Below are positions 1 through 9,462 of a stretch of 64,000 nucleotides of DNA, one piece after another; position 1 is the first letter of the stretch; every line of letters begins with the position of its first letter. Location of the stretch: assembly GCA_016867495.1 (NCBI GenBank), contig VGJL01000005.1, positions 720-64,719 on the forward strand, given 5' to 3'. The translations under genes and the position numbers were made by a program. The stretch comes from Candidatus Eiseniibacteriota bacterium (GTDB lineage Bacteria; Eisenbacteria; RBG-16-71-46; CAIMUX01; VGJL01). The notes under the pieces were generated by a model, which saw only the letters and a program-made list of their open reading frames with translations, was not told the DNA's origin and ran no database searches.

Positions 1-977
1 AGCCCACGCCTCCCGCCCGGGCGATTTTCATTGACGGCGTCGATCAGGAGACCGGCTCTCCGGCGATCCTCGAGGGAGTCTCACCCGGTACGCACCGCGT
101 GCTTCTCGACCTCGGAGTCTTCGGAGTGATCGAGGAGACGGTGAGGATCAAGAGCGATGGAACGACCGATCTCCGTCCCCGCGCGGTTGGCAGCCTGTCC
201 ATAAGCTGCGTGCAGGAAAGGCCGGGAGGGAGGGTCTGGCTCGAAGGAGGCGAGGAGGGGACGCCGCCTTGCGTCTTCAGGTCTCTCCCGGTCGGATCGA
301 TCGCCGTGTTCTACGAGGACGACACAGTCCCGCTCTGGCAACGCGAGGCGCTGGTTCAAAACGGCGAGGAGACGTCCGTACGCATCAACAACGCCTTCGC
401 GATGGACCGGGCGCTTCTGAGGGTCGAGGCGTGGCTCTACCAGAGAGGGAGAGGGATGCGGTCGGCGGCGGGCGACAGCGTCTTCGTAGATCGCCGGTTC
501 GTCGGCCTGACGCCCTGGGAAAAGGACGTCGCGCCCGGCCTGCACGGCGTCAAGGTTCTCGGCGCCTCGGGGCAGACCTGGACGGAGGTCGTAGATCTCG
601 AAGCAGGGGGCAACCGCATCGTCGACCCGCGCTTCGGTCTCGAGGCATGGCCGACAATCTCCCATCAGGAACCGGGCCGCGTACTGGTGAGCGGGAGCAT
701 CCTCCTGACGGCGGTCTTCACCTCGCCCGACGGGAGCGCGCCGAGGAATCCGCGACTGCGCCTGCCAGGCCTCGACCCGCTCTCGAGGGATCTGCCTCTC
801 GCTCCGGTGGACCCCGAACGAGGCGCGTATGTGGGGATGGTCGACCCCCGGTGGGTCCCCATGGACCGCCCTGTCGTCTACTACTTCACGACGCAGACCT
901 CGGAGGGATCGACCCTCTCCTCGGAGCTCTATCGTTTCACTCCCGTGAGCGAGCTTTCGCTCGCCACGAGCCCCTGA
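1..977 (+). CDS. Partial CDS (5' end outside window). Hypothetical secreted protein with a PEGA-like motif near its N-terminal visible part (IFIDGVDQETGSPAILEGVSPGTHRVLL).
   Basis: The frame is open from nt 3 through the listed ORF 99..977 with no stop. The composition is protein-like, unlike the Arg-rich antisense ORF 81..1109. PEGA-like V.VDG..G.TP..L..G.H pattern. Confidence 0.4.
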   Translation, partial: PTPPARAIFIDGVDQETGSPAILEGVSPGTHRVLLDLGVFGVIEETVRIKSDGTTDLRPRAVGSLSISCVQERPGGRVWLEGGEEGTPPCVFRSLPVGSIAVFYEDDTVPLWQREALVQNGEETSVRINNAFAMDRALLRVEAWLYQRGRGMRSAAGDSVFVDRRFVGLTPWEKDVAPGLHGVKVLGASGQTWTEVVDLEAGGNRIVDPRFGLEAWPTISHQEPGRVLVSGSILLTAVFTSPDGSAPRNPRLRLPGLDPLSRDLPLAPVDPERGAYVGMVDPRWVPMDRPVVYYFTTQTSEGSTLSSELYRFTPVSELSLATSP

Positions 978-1090
978 GGACGGAGGGAGCCGCCCCGCCC
1001 TCGCCGGCCCTCGCGGCTTCATCGGCGCGACGCGGCCCCTTCTCCTGGCGCGTCCGGCTGCATCCATCCGCTCCGATGAGCTCGGTGGCC

Positions 1091-1119
1091 TTGACCAGCG
1101 GATCTCCACAGGGTATAGT
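1091..1119 (+). promoter_or_regulatory. sigma70-like promoter: TTGACC (1091-1096), 17-nt spacer, TATAGT (1114-1119), inside an unusually AT-rich island upstream of the metalloprotease gene
   Basis: Near-consensus -35 and -10 hexamers with 17-nt spacing. Local AT-rich stretch (gggtatagttagttagagagtact) in a roughly 70% GC background. Sits 80-110 nt upstream of ATG 1201. Confidence 0.45.
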
Positions 1120-1148
1120 TAGTTAGAGAGTACTCGACGAGACGATCC

Positions 1149-1168
1149 ACCCGGGCTCGCGCCCGGGT
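1149..1168 (+). promoter_or_regulatory. GC-rich hairpin in the predicted 5' UTR of the metalloprotease gene: aCCCGGGc-tcgc-gCCCGGGt, about 8-bp stem
   Basis: Perfect inverted repeat CCCGGG...CCCGGG with flanking A/T and C/G pairs. No U-tract follows, so it is not a classical terminator. A GGGAGG Shine-Dalgarno sits at 1187-1192. Confidence 0.35.
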
Positions 1169-1200
1169 CGGGGCTCCATCCACGGACGGGAGGTTCGCCG

Positions 1201-2997
1201 ATGACACTGCGGGTGGTCTCCATGATGCTCCTCTGCGCGGCGCTCGGATCCTGCGGAGAGGCCTGGGGCGATCAGAGAGGGGAGAGCGCTCCTTCTCCTC
1301 TGGCGCGTATCGAGACGGCCCTTGCGGCCGGAGAGATCACACCGGCTGAAGGTGCCTTCTACAAGCTGCTCGCCTTGCACCGGTCCGGCCGCCTTCCCTC
1401 GCGCTTCGCCGTTCCAGAAGCGCCGCCGATCAAGTGCGGGACGCTCATTGTACAGGAGGCGCGCGCCCATCTCGATGCGATGTCGTCCGAGATGCGTCAG
1501 GCTGCGGCGGCTTTTCTGGTGCGGCCGATCCTCGACTCGTACGTCGACACCGACAACTTCCGGATCCACTACGCCACGTCGGGGCTGGACATGATCTACC
1601 AGTGGCCCAACACCGCGTACAGGGACGCCGTCGTGGCGGCATGCGACTCGAGCTACAGCTACCAGAATGACCGCCGGGGATGGCCGCATCCTCCATCGGA
1701 CGGATCCAACGGCGGCGGCATCGGCTTGATCGATTGCTACGTCGAGGACAACGGAGGCGCCTACTACGGAGTCACCTACGCGGAGTCCCAGGTTCCCGGC
1801 GGCTACCCGAACGACTGGACGGCCTACTTCTGCATCGACAACGACTACCAGGGCTTCGGCTACACGGACAGAACCTGGCCGATGAAGGTCACTGTCGCGC
1901 ACGAGTACAACCATGTGATCCAGATCGGGCTGAACGCGGGGGCCGGGTGGTGGATGGAAAACACAGCCACCTTCATGGAGGACGAGGTCTACGACGAGGT
2001 GAACGACAACTACGGTTACCTTGCCTTCTATACCAACAACCCGTGGACCAGGCTCGACTACGCGAACGGAGGGTTCGAATACGGCTGCTTCCTCTGGCCG
2101 ACCTTCCTATCGGAGGCCTTCGGACACTCGGTGGTGCGCGATGTCTGGACCGCGTACGCCTCGAACACGAACCTGTATACCTGCTTCGACAACAAGCTGG
2201 CGGCCTTCGGGAAGAACCTGGACACGGCGGTCGCCGAGTGGACCCTCTGGAACTGCTTCACCTCGACCCGGGATGATGGAGAACACTATGTCGAGGGGGG
2301 GGCCTACAACCGCCTCGTCGTGCAGGACAACAACATCCTGACCTACCCGCAGACCAATCTTCATCCGACGAGCGGACGCTGGCCGCAGGGGCTCGGCATG
2401 AACCTGACCCGCTTCTACAGGCAGTCGGGATCCACGGACAACAAGATCCTCGTGAGCTACCAGGCCCTGAACTCCTGCGGTTACAACCACCAGATCTGGT
2501 TTGTCCGCAAGCTCCTCGGACAGCCGGTGTGGCAGATCTGGCCGGTGGCCGTCAACGGCACGGGCGCCGCCAGTTTCGAGGCGACTGAATGGGACGCCAC
2601 CGAGTACATGCTCATGGCGGTCCCGATGAAGAGGGCCTGCGGGACGACGGGCAAGGACTTCCAGTTCAGCGCCTCCACGACCTACGTGGTCGATGTCGCC
2701 GACGGGATGCGCCCCGCGCGCCAGGTGCGGCTGGATCAGAACAGTCCGAACCCGTTCAGTCCTTCGACCGCGATCAGCTTCTCCCTGCCGGAGGAGGGGC
2801 CGGTCCGCTTGCAGCTCTTCGATGTGGCCGGGCGGCGAGTCCGCTCGCTCGTGGACGGGATCCTCCGCGAGGGCGAGCATGAAGTCCACTGGGGCGGGAC
2901 GGACGATGAGGGATCGCGACTCGCCCAGGGGGTCTATCTCTGCGTGATCGAGGCGAACGGAGAGCGGATCGTGCGCAAGATGCAGCTTGTCGACTGA
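1201..2997 (+). CDS. Secreted zinc-metalloprotease-like lipoprotein (HEXXH: VAHEYNHVIQ) with a C-terminal Por/T9SS-type sorting domain
   Basis: Lipoprotein-type signal (MTLRVVSMMLLCAALGSCGE). HEYNH motif. The last ~90 aa (LDQNSPNPFSPSTAISFSLPEEGPVRLQLFDVAGRRVRSLVDG...HEVHWGGTDDEGSRLAQGVYLCVIEANGERIVRKMQLV) fit the T9SS C-terminal-domain consensus (L.QN.PNPF...T.I.F.LP....V.L.I.D..GR.V..L......G.H...W.G.D..G...A.GVY.......). Confidence 0.7.
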   Translation: MTLRVVSMMLLCAALGSCGEAWGDQRGESAPSPLARIETALAAGEITPAEGAFYKLLALHRSGRLPSRFAVPEAPPIKCGTLIVQEARAHLDAMSSEMRQAAAAFLVRPILDSYVDTDNFRIHYATSGLDMIYQWPNTAYRDAVVAACDSSYSYQNDRRGWPHPPSDGSNGGGIGLIDCYVEDNGGAYYGVTYAESQVPGGYPNDWTAYFCIDNDYQGFGYTDRTWPMKVTVAHEYNHVIQIGLNAGAGWWMENTATFMEDEVYDEVNDNYGYLAFYTNNPWTRLDYANGGFEYGCFLWPTFLSEAFGHSVVRDVWTAYASNTNLYTCFDNKLAAFGKNLDTAVAEWTLWNCFTSTRDDGEHYVEGGAYNRLVVQDNNILTYPQTNLHPTSGRWPQGLGMNLTRFYRQSGSTDNKILVSYQALNSCGYNHQIWFVRKLLGQPVWQIWPVAVNGTGAASFEATEWDATEYMLMAVPMKRACGTTGKDFQFSASTTYVVDVADGMRPARQVRLDQNSPNPFSPSTAISFSLPEEGPVRLQLFDVAGRRVRSLVDGILREGEHEVHWGGTDDEGSRLAQGVYLCVIEANGERIVRKMQLVD

Positions 2998-3028
2998 CCT
3001 GACATAAGAGCGACGGCGGGAGGCCCGG

Positions 3029-5431
3029 ATGGGGAAGCCGATCCGGGCCTTCCCATGTCCGGTGGCATGCGCCGTGCGGCGCCTCCGGGACGTGGACGGC
3101 GGCGATCCTTCCCTCTACCCGGGCCAGCGGGGCACCGAAGCGGCGCGCCCGTTCTCCGGAATCGTCTCGTTCTGCGTCGCCCTTCTGCCGCCCTATCTGC
3201 TCGGAGGGCGGCTCGGCGTTCCGAACTGGGTCTGCGTCGGCGGAGCCCTCGTCCTGGTCGTCGCGGCCTGCCTGGCTCTGTCCCTTCGGCGACGGAGACG
3301 GTGTCTCGCGGACACCCTTCTCGTCGCGATGCTCGTTAGCGTCGGGCTTGCCTTCGGTGCGGAGCGGCGTCCGGCGAGCCCGCTCCCCGTCGGGATACCG
3401 GAGCTTGTCGTGCGCGGCAGGGCTCGCGCGGCGGGCGCAGGGCTCGAAGCCGAGGGAGTCAGCTTCGCGCACCAGGGGCGCTGGCACCCGGTGGGCGGGA
3501 AGTTTCAGATCCGAGGCCGCGGCCTGTCTGCCGGAGGGTTCGTTGGCAGGGCGTATCTCGTCTCGCTCGAAGAGCCTCAGCCGCGCGGTCTGGCGAATCG
3601 CAACGCGGGGCTCAAGTGGCGAATGTACAGGGGCGTGCTCGAGGTCAAGGAGGCCTGGGCGATGCCGGGGCCGGACGCCGCATCCGGGACCGTCGTGCGA
3701 GACAGAGTCCGCGCGTGGCTCGCGGGGCGGATCGGCAGATCGCTCCCGGAGATCTTTCGATCGATGATCCCCATGCTGATCTGGGGGGAGAGCGGCATCA
3801 TCGATGAGGATCTCGAGAGAGTCTTCCGCGCGACGGGCACGATGCACCTGCTCGCCATCTCCGGTCTGCACGTGACTCTCGTCGCCCTTCTCCTGGAGTT
3901 CCTCCTGCGCCTGCTCATACGCCAGCCGATGGCGCGGGCGGCTCTCGTCATCGCCGCTATCGGCGCCTACGGCGCCCTGGTCGGCCCGCTCCCGTCCGTC
4001 GTCCGATCGATCACGATGGCGGCCTGCCTGCTCGTCGGCAAGGCGATGGGGCGTCCGGCCAGCGTTGCCTCGTCGTTCTGGGTCGCGTTGCTCCTTGTCG
4101 GTTGCTTCACGCCCGGGGAGATCTGCAGGCCCGGTTTCCAGCTCTCGTACGCGGGGACGGCCGCGCTCATCCTCTGCCCTCGGGTCCCGGCGAAACTGGT
4201 CCCGATCGTCGGATCTGCCGTCGCCGTCGCTGCCACCTCGGGCATTCTCTGGGCGCACTTCGGTGAGAGCTCCCCCGTCGCGATCCTCGCAAACTTGACC
4301 GGCATCCCGGCGTTCGGGCCCGTGCTGGTCGCGATTCTCTGGGGGTTCGCATGGGGCGATCCGGCGGACCCGACTCTCCAGGCCCTCGCCTGGGGACCGG
4401 CCGGGATCCTCATCCAGAGCTGGGTGGCGCCTCTGCGGCTGTTGCTCCCGCTCGGGGAGTCGCTCACGGTCCGCGCGGGTTGCGGCGAGGCCGTGGGGCT
4501 CGGGAGCACCGGCATTGTCCTGCTCCTTCTCCACGCCGCCTCGAGGATGAGGGGACGGAAGGGAGGGTTGCTGTTCGGCGCCCTTGCCCTTCTCGCGGGC
4601 TCGGCCGCCCCCGTGCTTCCGCTGGCGGGACGCTGGCTGGCGCAAGCGCCCGTCGAAGCGGTCGTCCTGCCCGTAGGGCAAGGGGACGCCATGCTGATCC
4701 GTGCCCGGGTTGGAGGCGACTTTCTCATCGACACCGGTCCGGGCGGACCGGACGGGCTGCGTGGCAAGAGGTTCCTCGCGCCCGCGCTGCGGGCCCATGG
4801 CGTGGGCCGCTTGCGCGGGGTCTTTCTCACGCACGGGGACGAGGACCATATCGGCGGCCTGCGCGGCTTGCTCCTGGGCGGCATCGGTGTCGACACCGTC
4901 TACGTGAGTCAGGCTGTCGACGTTCGCCTGAGGCTTCCGCGGCGGCGCATGCCCGCCATCCTGCCCCTGTGCGCGCCCTGGAGCCGCGAAGCCCACTCGC
5001 TCAGGATGCGCCTCATTCACCCTCGCTCGGGAGAGAAGGCCGCCTCGGGGAATGAGGGCTCCCTGGTCATCGAGATCAGCGGCGGGGCGGGGCGGCTGCT
5101 CGCTCCCGGGGATCTCGGCGGCGGCGCGGAGGAGACCCTCGCGGCGATGGGGGAGGGCTTGCGCGCGGATGTCCTTCTCGCGGGACATCACGGGAGCGGC
5201 GGATCGACCGGCGACCGTTGGCTGGACGCGGTCGCGCCCCGGATTGTCATCATCTCCTGCGGCGCTAGAAACCGGCATGACCATCCCTCACGGTCCGTGC
5301 TATCGAGGCTGTCCCGGCGGAGGATCGAGGTCCATCGCACCGACCGCGAGGGGGAACTGGCGCTCAGATGGCATGGAGGGCGGCTCTGGCTCCGCCCCGA
5401 GCGTTGTGGGGGGTGGCGGGCTGTGCTATAA
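3029..5431 (+). CDS. comEC: DNA internalization competence protein ComEC/Rec2 (polytopic membrane domain plus C-terminal metallo-beta-lactamase domain)
   Basis: Many transmembrane segments. C-terminal HGDEDHIGG and LAGHHGSGGSTG beta-lactamase-fold motifs. GGGAGG RBS before ATG 3029. Confidence 0.85.
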   Translation: MGKPIRAFPCPVACAVRRLRDVDGGDPSLYPGQRGTEAARPFSGIVSFCVALLPPYLLGGRLGVPNWVCVGGALVLVVAACLALSLRRRRRCLADTLLVAMLVSVGLAFGAERRPASPLPVGIPELVVRGRARAAGAGLEAEGVSFAHQGRWHPVGGKFQIRGRGLSAGGFVGRAYLVSLEEPQPRGLANRNAGLKWRMYRGVLEVKEAWAMPGPDAASGTVVRDRVRAWLAGRIGRSLPEIFRSMIPMLIWGESGIIDEDLERVFRATGTMHLLAISGLHVTLVALLLEFLLRLLIRQPMARAALVIAAIGAYGALVGPLPSVVRSITMAACLLVGKAMGRPASVASSFWVALLLVGCFTPGEICRPGFQLSYAGTAALILCPRVPAKLVPIVGSAVAVAATSGILWAHFGESSPVAILANLTGIPAFGPVLVAILWGFAWGDPADPTLQALAWGPAGILIQSWVAPLRLLLPLGESLTVRAGCGEAVGLGSTGIVLLLLHAASRMRGRKGGLLFGALALLAGSAAPVLPLAGRWLAQAPVEAVVLPVGQGDAMLIRARVGGDFLIDTGPGGPDGLRGKRFLAPALRAHGVGRLRGVFLTHGDEDHIGGLRGLLLGGIGVDTVYVSQAVDVRLRLPRRRMPAILPLCAPWSREAHSLRMRLIHPRSGEKAASGNEGSLVIEISGGAGRLLAPGDLGGGAEETLAAMGEGLRADVLLAGHHGSGGSTGDRWLDAVAPRIVIISCGARNRHDHPSRSVLSRLSRRRIEVHRTDREGELALRWHGGRLWLRPERCGGWRAVL

Positions 5432-5452
5432 GGACAGTTTGGAGGATAACTG

Positions 5453-6370
5453 ATGAAAGCTTCCTTCTTGGGGCTTGGAGATCTCGGCGTCTCTCCGTCC
5501 CGATCGGGCAAGGTCCGCGAGACGCTCGATCTGGGCGACACGCTCCTGATCGTCACGACCGACAGGATCAGCGCTTTCGACTGCATCCTCCCGACGCCGA
5601 TCCCCGGGAAGGGGAAGTTGCTGAACCGGATCTCCGCGCACTGGTTTCGAGGTCTCTCGTCTCATGTCGCGACCCACTTCGTGAGCGACGGAGAGAGCGA
5701 CTTCCCGGCCGAGCTCCGCCACATCCTCCCGTCGCTTCGCGATCGGTGGATGCTCGTCCGCAAGGCGCTCCGGATCCCGGTCGAGTGCGTCGTCCGGGGC
5801 CACCTTGCCGGATCGGGCCTGCGGGAGTACGCGCAGAAGGGAACAGTGGGGGGGATCGAGGTCGCTCCCGGAATCGAGCCCTACGGAAAGCTCCCCGCCC
5901 CTCTCTTCACGCCGACGACCAAGGAGGACGTCGGCCACGACCGTCCCGTCTCCTTCGAAGAGCTGGAAGAGATCGTGGGCGCCGGGCTCGCGGCCGAGCT
6001 CCGCAGGATCTCCCTGCGGATCTTCGAGCTCGCCGAGCCGTTCGCCGCGGCGCGGGGGCTCACTCTGGTTGACACGAAGTTCGAGTTCGGTTGGATCGAC
6101 GGGAAGCTCACGCTGATCGACGAGGTCCTGACGCCCGACTCCTCGCGCTACTGGGACGCCGAACGCCCCGCCGCGGGCGCGCCCGTGTCGCTGGACAAGG
6201 AGTTCGTCCGCGAACACCTCATGGGGACCGCGTGGGACCGGAATCCTCCGGCCCCGCCTCTCCCTCAGGAGATCATCGAGGAGACCTTCCGGCGCTATCA
6301 GCGGGTCCACGATCGGATCGGGGCGGGAGGATCCGCGCCCGAGTTGGGCCGAGGCCGGAGTTCCGAATGA
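5453..6370 (+). CDS. purC: Phosphoribosylaminoimidazole-succinocarboxamide synthase (SAICAR synthetase)
   Basis: DRISAFD motif and overall PurC-like sequence. GGAGG RBS. Stop overlaps the purH start (ATGA). Confidence 0.9.
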   Translation: MKASFLGLGDLGVSPSRSGKVRETLDLGDTLLIVTTDRISAFDCILPTPIPGKGKLLNRISAHWFRGLSSHVATHFVSDGESDFPAELRHILPSLRDRWMLVRKALRIPVECVVRGHLAGSGLREYAQKGTVGGIEVAPGIEPYGKLPAPLFTPTTKEDVGHDRPVSFEELEEIVGAGLAAELRRISLRIFELAEPFAAARGLTLVDTKFEFGWIDGKLTLIDEVLTPDSSRYWDAERPAAGAPVSLDKEFVREHLMGTAWDRNPPAPPLPQEIIEETFRRYQRVHDRIGAGGSAPELGRGRSSE

Positions 6371-7929
6371 TCCGAGTCCGCAGGGCGTTGCTCTCCGCCT
6401 TTCAGAAGGAAGGTCTGGAGGAGCTGGCGTCCGCCCTCACGGAGGCCGGCGCCGAGATCCTGAGCTCCGGCGGCACGGCGGAGTGGCTTCGCATGAGGGG
6501 CTTCGCCGTCATCTCGCTGGAGGACTGGGCCGGGCTTGCGTCCATGTTTGGCGGTCGGGTGAAGACGCTCCATCCCCGCGTGCACGGCGGCATCCTCTAT
6601 CGGCGAGGAGTCCCCGAGGACGAGGCGGAGAGGATTCCTCACGGAATCGAACCGATCGACATGGTGGTCGTTCATCTCTACCCGTTCGAGGAGACGATCG
6701 CCCGCCGCCCGGACGATCGGGAGGGCGCCATCGAGATGATCGATGTGGGCGGACCGGCGATGCTCCGTGCCGCGGCGAAGAACCATCGCTCGGTCGTCGT
6801 CGTTTCCGATCCCCGCGACTATGCCCGGGTCGCGCGGGCCCTGCGGGAGGGGGCGGGATCGATCGACGAGTCGATGGCTGCCGAGCTCGCCGCCCGCGCA
6901 TTCCGGGCGACGGCCCTCTATGACGCGGCGATCGCCTCCTACCTGGGGGACGGAGAGGGCGGCCTGCCTGACTCGATTGTCCGGGGAGGCAGCCTCCTCT
7001 GGGAGCTGCGCTACGGAGAGAATCCGTCGCAGCGCGGCGCCTTCTACGGTCCGGCGCGCGGCTTTCCGGGGGGGCTCGAGAAGCTCCAGGGAAAAGAGAT
7101 CTCCTTCAACAACCTGCAGGATCTCGAAGCCGCGATCTCGCTGGTGCGGGACCTGGGACCGGACCCTGCCGCCGCCGTCATCAAGCACGCGACGCCGTGC
7201 GGCGCGGCCACCCGGCCCGATCTCGCAGACGCCTTCCGGCGCGCCCGCGATTGCGATTTATTGAGCGCCTTCGGGGGCATTGTTGCTCTGAATGGCGTGG
7301 TCGACGCAGCCTGCGCGGATGAGATCGGCGGGATCTTTCTCGAGGCGGTCGCGGCGCCGGCCTTCGATCCGCAGGCCCGCAAGCGGCTTGAATCGAAGAA
7401 GAGCCTGATCCTGCTGCAGGGCGACCCCGGGCTCTTCTTCAACGCAGAGGGGCCGCGGAGCCCCTACGCGTTCCGCGACCTGGGGGCGGGGATCCTCCTT
7501 CAGGATCGGATCCCGCTACGCCTTGGGGAATCCGGATGGAGGACAGTCACGCGCCGACCCCCGACCGTGGAGGAGGAGCGCGTCCTTCTCTTCGCCTGGA
7601 AGGTCGTCCGCGCCGTCCGATCGAACGGGATCGTCCTGGCGATGGAGGACCGCGCGATCGGCATCGGGGGCGGGCAAACGAGCCGCATCGACTCCCTCTG
7701 GATCGCGATGCACAAGGCGCGCAGGGCGGGACATCGGCTGAAGGGCGCGGTCATGGCCTCGGACGCCTTCTTCCCCTTCCCCGACTGCGTGGAGGAGGCG
7801 GCGAAAGCCGGCGTCACTGCAGTGATCCATCCGGGTGGATCGAAGAGGGACACCGAGTCGATCGAAGCCGCCGATCGGTGGGGGATGGCGATGGTGCTGA
7901 ACGACGCGCGCTGCTTCAGGCACGGATAG
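6367..7929 (+). CDS. purH: Bifunctional AICAR transformylase / IMP cyclohydrolase
   Basis: True start is the internal Met of listed ORF 6091..7929 (MIRVRRALLSAFQKEGLEELAS...). MGS-like and AICARFT regions (KTLHPRVHGGIL). The upstream part of the ORF overlaps purC and is Arg/Pro-rich junk. Confidence 0.9.
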   Translation: MIRVRRALLSAFQKEGLEELASALTEAGAEILSSGGTAEWLRMRGFAVISLEDWAGLASMFGGRVKTLHPRVHGGILYRRGVPEDEAERIPHGIEPIDMVVVHLYPFEETIARRPDDREGAIEMIDVGGPAMLRAAAKNHRSVVVVSDPRDYARVARALREGAGSIDESMAAELAARAFRATALYDAAIASYLGDGEGGLPDSIVRGGSLLWELRYGENPSQRGAFYGPARGFPGGLEKLQGKEISFNNLQDLEAAISLVRDLGPDPAAAVIKHATPCGAATRPDLADAFRRARDCDLLSAFGGIVALNGVVDAACADEIGGIFLEAVAAPAFDPQARKRLESKKSLILLQGDPGLFFNAEGPRSPYAFRDLGAGILLQDRIPLRLGESGWRTVTRRPPTVEEERVLLFAWKVVRAVRSNGIVLAMEDRAIGIGGGQTSRIDSLWIAMHKARRAGHRLKGAVMASDAFFPFPDCVEEAAKAGVTAVIHPGGSKRDTESIEAADRWGMAMVLNDARCFRHG

Positions 7930-7935
7930 GGCGAG

Positions 7936-9462
7936 ATGTCGATCGTCGCGGTCATCGACTTCGGGAGCCAGTACAACCTCTTGATCGCCCGCCGGGTCCG
8001 GCAGCTCGGCCTCTATGCCGAGCTCTTCCCCTACGACGTGGACGCCGAGACGCTCCGCTCGCGGGGCGCATCGGCCCTCATCCTCTCGGGAAGCCCGGCC
8101 TCGGCCGTCGACGGCCGCTACCTGCCCCGTCCCGAGATCCTCGCTCTGGGCCTGCCGGTGCTCGGGATCTGCTACGGCATGCAGGCAGTGAGCCACCTCC
8201 TCGGCGGCCGCGTCGTCAGGGGAACAAGCGGCGAGTACGGCAGGCAGCGGCTTGCGGTCATCGAGCCGGGCGGGCTCCTCGACGGGCTGGAGGAGCCGAT
8301 CGAGGTCTGGATGAGCCACGGCGACCAGGTCGTCGAGCTGCCCGACGGCTATCGGACGCTCGCCCGAACCGCTACCTGTCCGCACGCGGCGGTCGCGAAT
8401 CCGGCGCGAAAGATTTTCCTTGTCCAGTTCCATCCCGAAGTGAGCCATACGCCGCAGGGGATGAAGGTCCTGTCGAACTTCCTGTTCGGGCTGGCAGGGC
8501 TCTGCACGAACTGGAGCCTCGAGGACTTCACGAAGCAGTCGATCGAGTCGATCCGCCGCCAGGTCGGCGACGGCGTCGCGGTCTGCGGCGTGAGCGGCGG
8601 CGTCGACTCGACCGTGGCCGCCGTCCTGTGCCAGCGGGCCCTCGGAGAGCGCCTGCACGCGATCTTCGTCGACAGCGGGCTGCTCCGCCTGGGCGAGGTC
8701 GAGTGGGTTTGCGAGAAGCTGCTTTCCCTGGGGATCCATGTCCATCTCGTCGAGGCCTCCGATCGGTTCCTGGCCGCTCTGGCCGGAGTGGAGGATCCGG
8801 AGGAGAAGCGAAAGCGAATCGGCCGGCTCTTCATCGAGGTCTTCGATGAAGCGGCGCAGCGCCTTGGACACGCCGATTTCCTTGTGCAAGGCACCCTCTA
8901 CCCTGATGTGATCGAGTCACAGGGCGCGGCTGGGCCCTCCGCGCGGATCAAGAGCCACCACAATGTCGGCGGCCTGCCCGAGCGGATGAGATTGAGGCTC
9001 GTGGAGCCCCTCCGCGAGCTGTTCAAGGACGAGGTCAGGGAAGTGGGAAAGGGGCTCGGGATTCCCTCGGAGATGCTCGGCAGGCACCCGTCCCCTGGCC
9101 CTGGGCTCGCCGTGAGGATCGCCGGCGAGGTCAACAAGGAGCGCCTCGATTTGCTGCGGGCGGCAGACGCGATCTTCATGGAGGAGCTGCGCCAGAGCGG
9201 CACGTACGATCAGGTCTGGCAGGCCTTCACGGTGCTGCTGCCGGTCCGATCGGTCGGCGTGATGGGGGATGAACGGACCTATGGTCTGACCGTCGTCCTG
9301 AGAGCGGTGACGTCCGTCGACGGCATGACTGCGGACTGGGCCCGGCTGCCGGCCGAGGTCCTCGAGCGCTCCGCGAACCGGATCGTGAACGAGACGGGCG
9401 GGGTCAATCGCGTCCTCTATGACGTCACGAGCAAGCCGCCGGCGACCATAGAGTGGGAGTGA
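7936..9462 (+). CDS. guaA: GMP synthase (glutamine-hydrolysing)
   Basis: N-terminal class-I glutamine amidotransferase, GVSGGVDSTV PP-loop, C-terminal GMP synthase dimerisation region. Confidence 0.9.
   Translation: MSIVAVIDFGSQYNLLIARRVRQLGLYAELFPYDVDAETLRSRGASALILSGSPASAVDGRYLPRPEILALGLPVLGICYGMQAVSHLLGGRVVRGTSGEYGRQRLAVIEPGGLLDGLEEPIEVWMSHGDQVVELPDGYRTLARTATCPHAAVANPARKIFLVQFHPEVSHTPQGMKVLSNFLFGLAGLCTNWSLEDFTKQSIESIRRQVGDGVAVCGVSGGVDSTVAAVLCQRALGERLHAIFVDSGLLRLGEVEWVCEKLLSLGIHVHLVEASDRFLAALAGVEDPEEKRKRIGRLFIEVFDEAAQRLGHADFLVQGTLYPDVIESQGAAGPSARIKSHHNVGGLPERMRLRLVEPLRELFKDEVREVGKGLGIPSEMLGRHPSPGPGLAVRIAGEVNKERLDLLRAADAIFMEELRQSGTYDQVWQAFTVLLPVRSVGVMGDERTYGLTVVLRAVTSVDGMTADWARLPAEVLERSANRIVNETGGVNRVLYDVTSKPPATIEWE

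Noticed and set aside
81-1109. 342-aa minus-strand ORF overlapping the first + strand ORF
   Set aside because: Its translation is Arg/Pro/Gly-rich low-complexity sequence (RRRGRVAPMKPRGPARAGRLPP...), typical of antisense frames in high-GC DNA. The + strand frame is open from the window edge and reads like a real protein.
2774-5284. 836-aa ORF antisense to comEC
   Set aside because: It is an antisense ORF generated by the high GC content (R/P/A/G/D-rich, no motifs). The same reasoning applies to the other long antisense ORFs: 9417..11981, 12675..14117, 14250..15680, 16738..18771, 40171..42450, 46207..47424, 47485..48924, 57424..59802 and 58782..60062.
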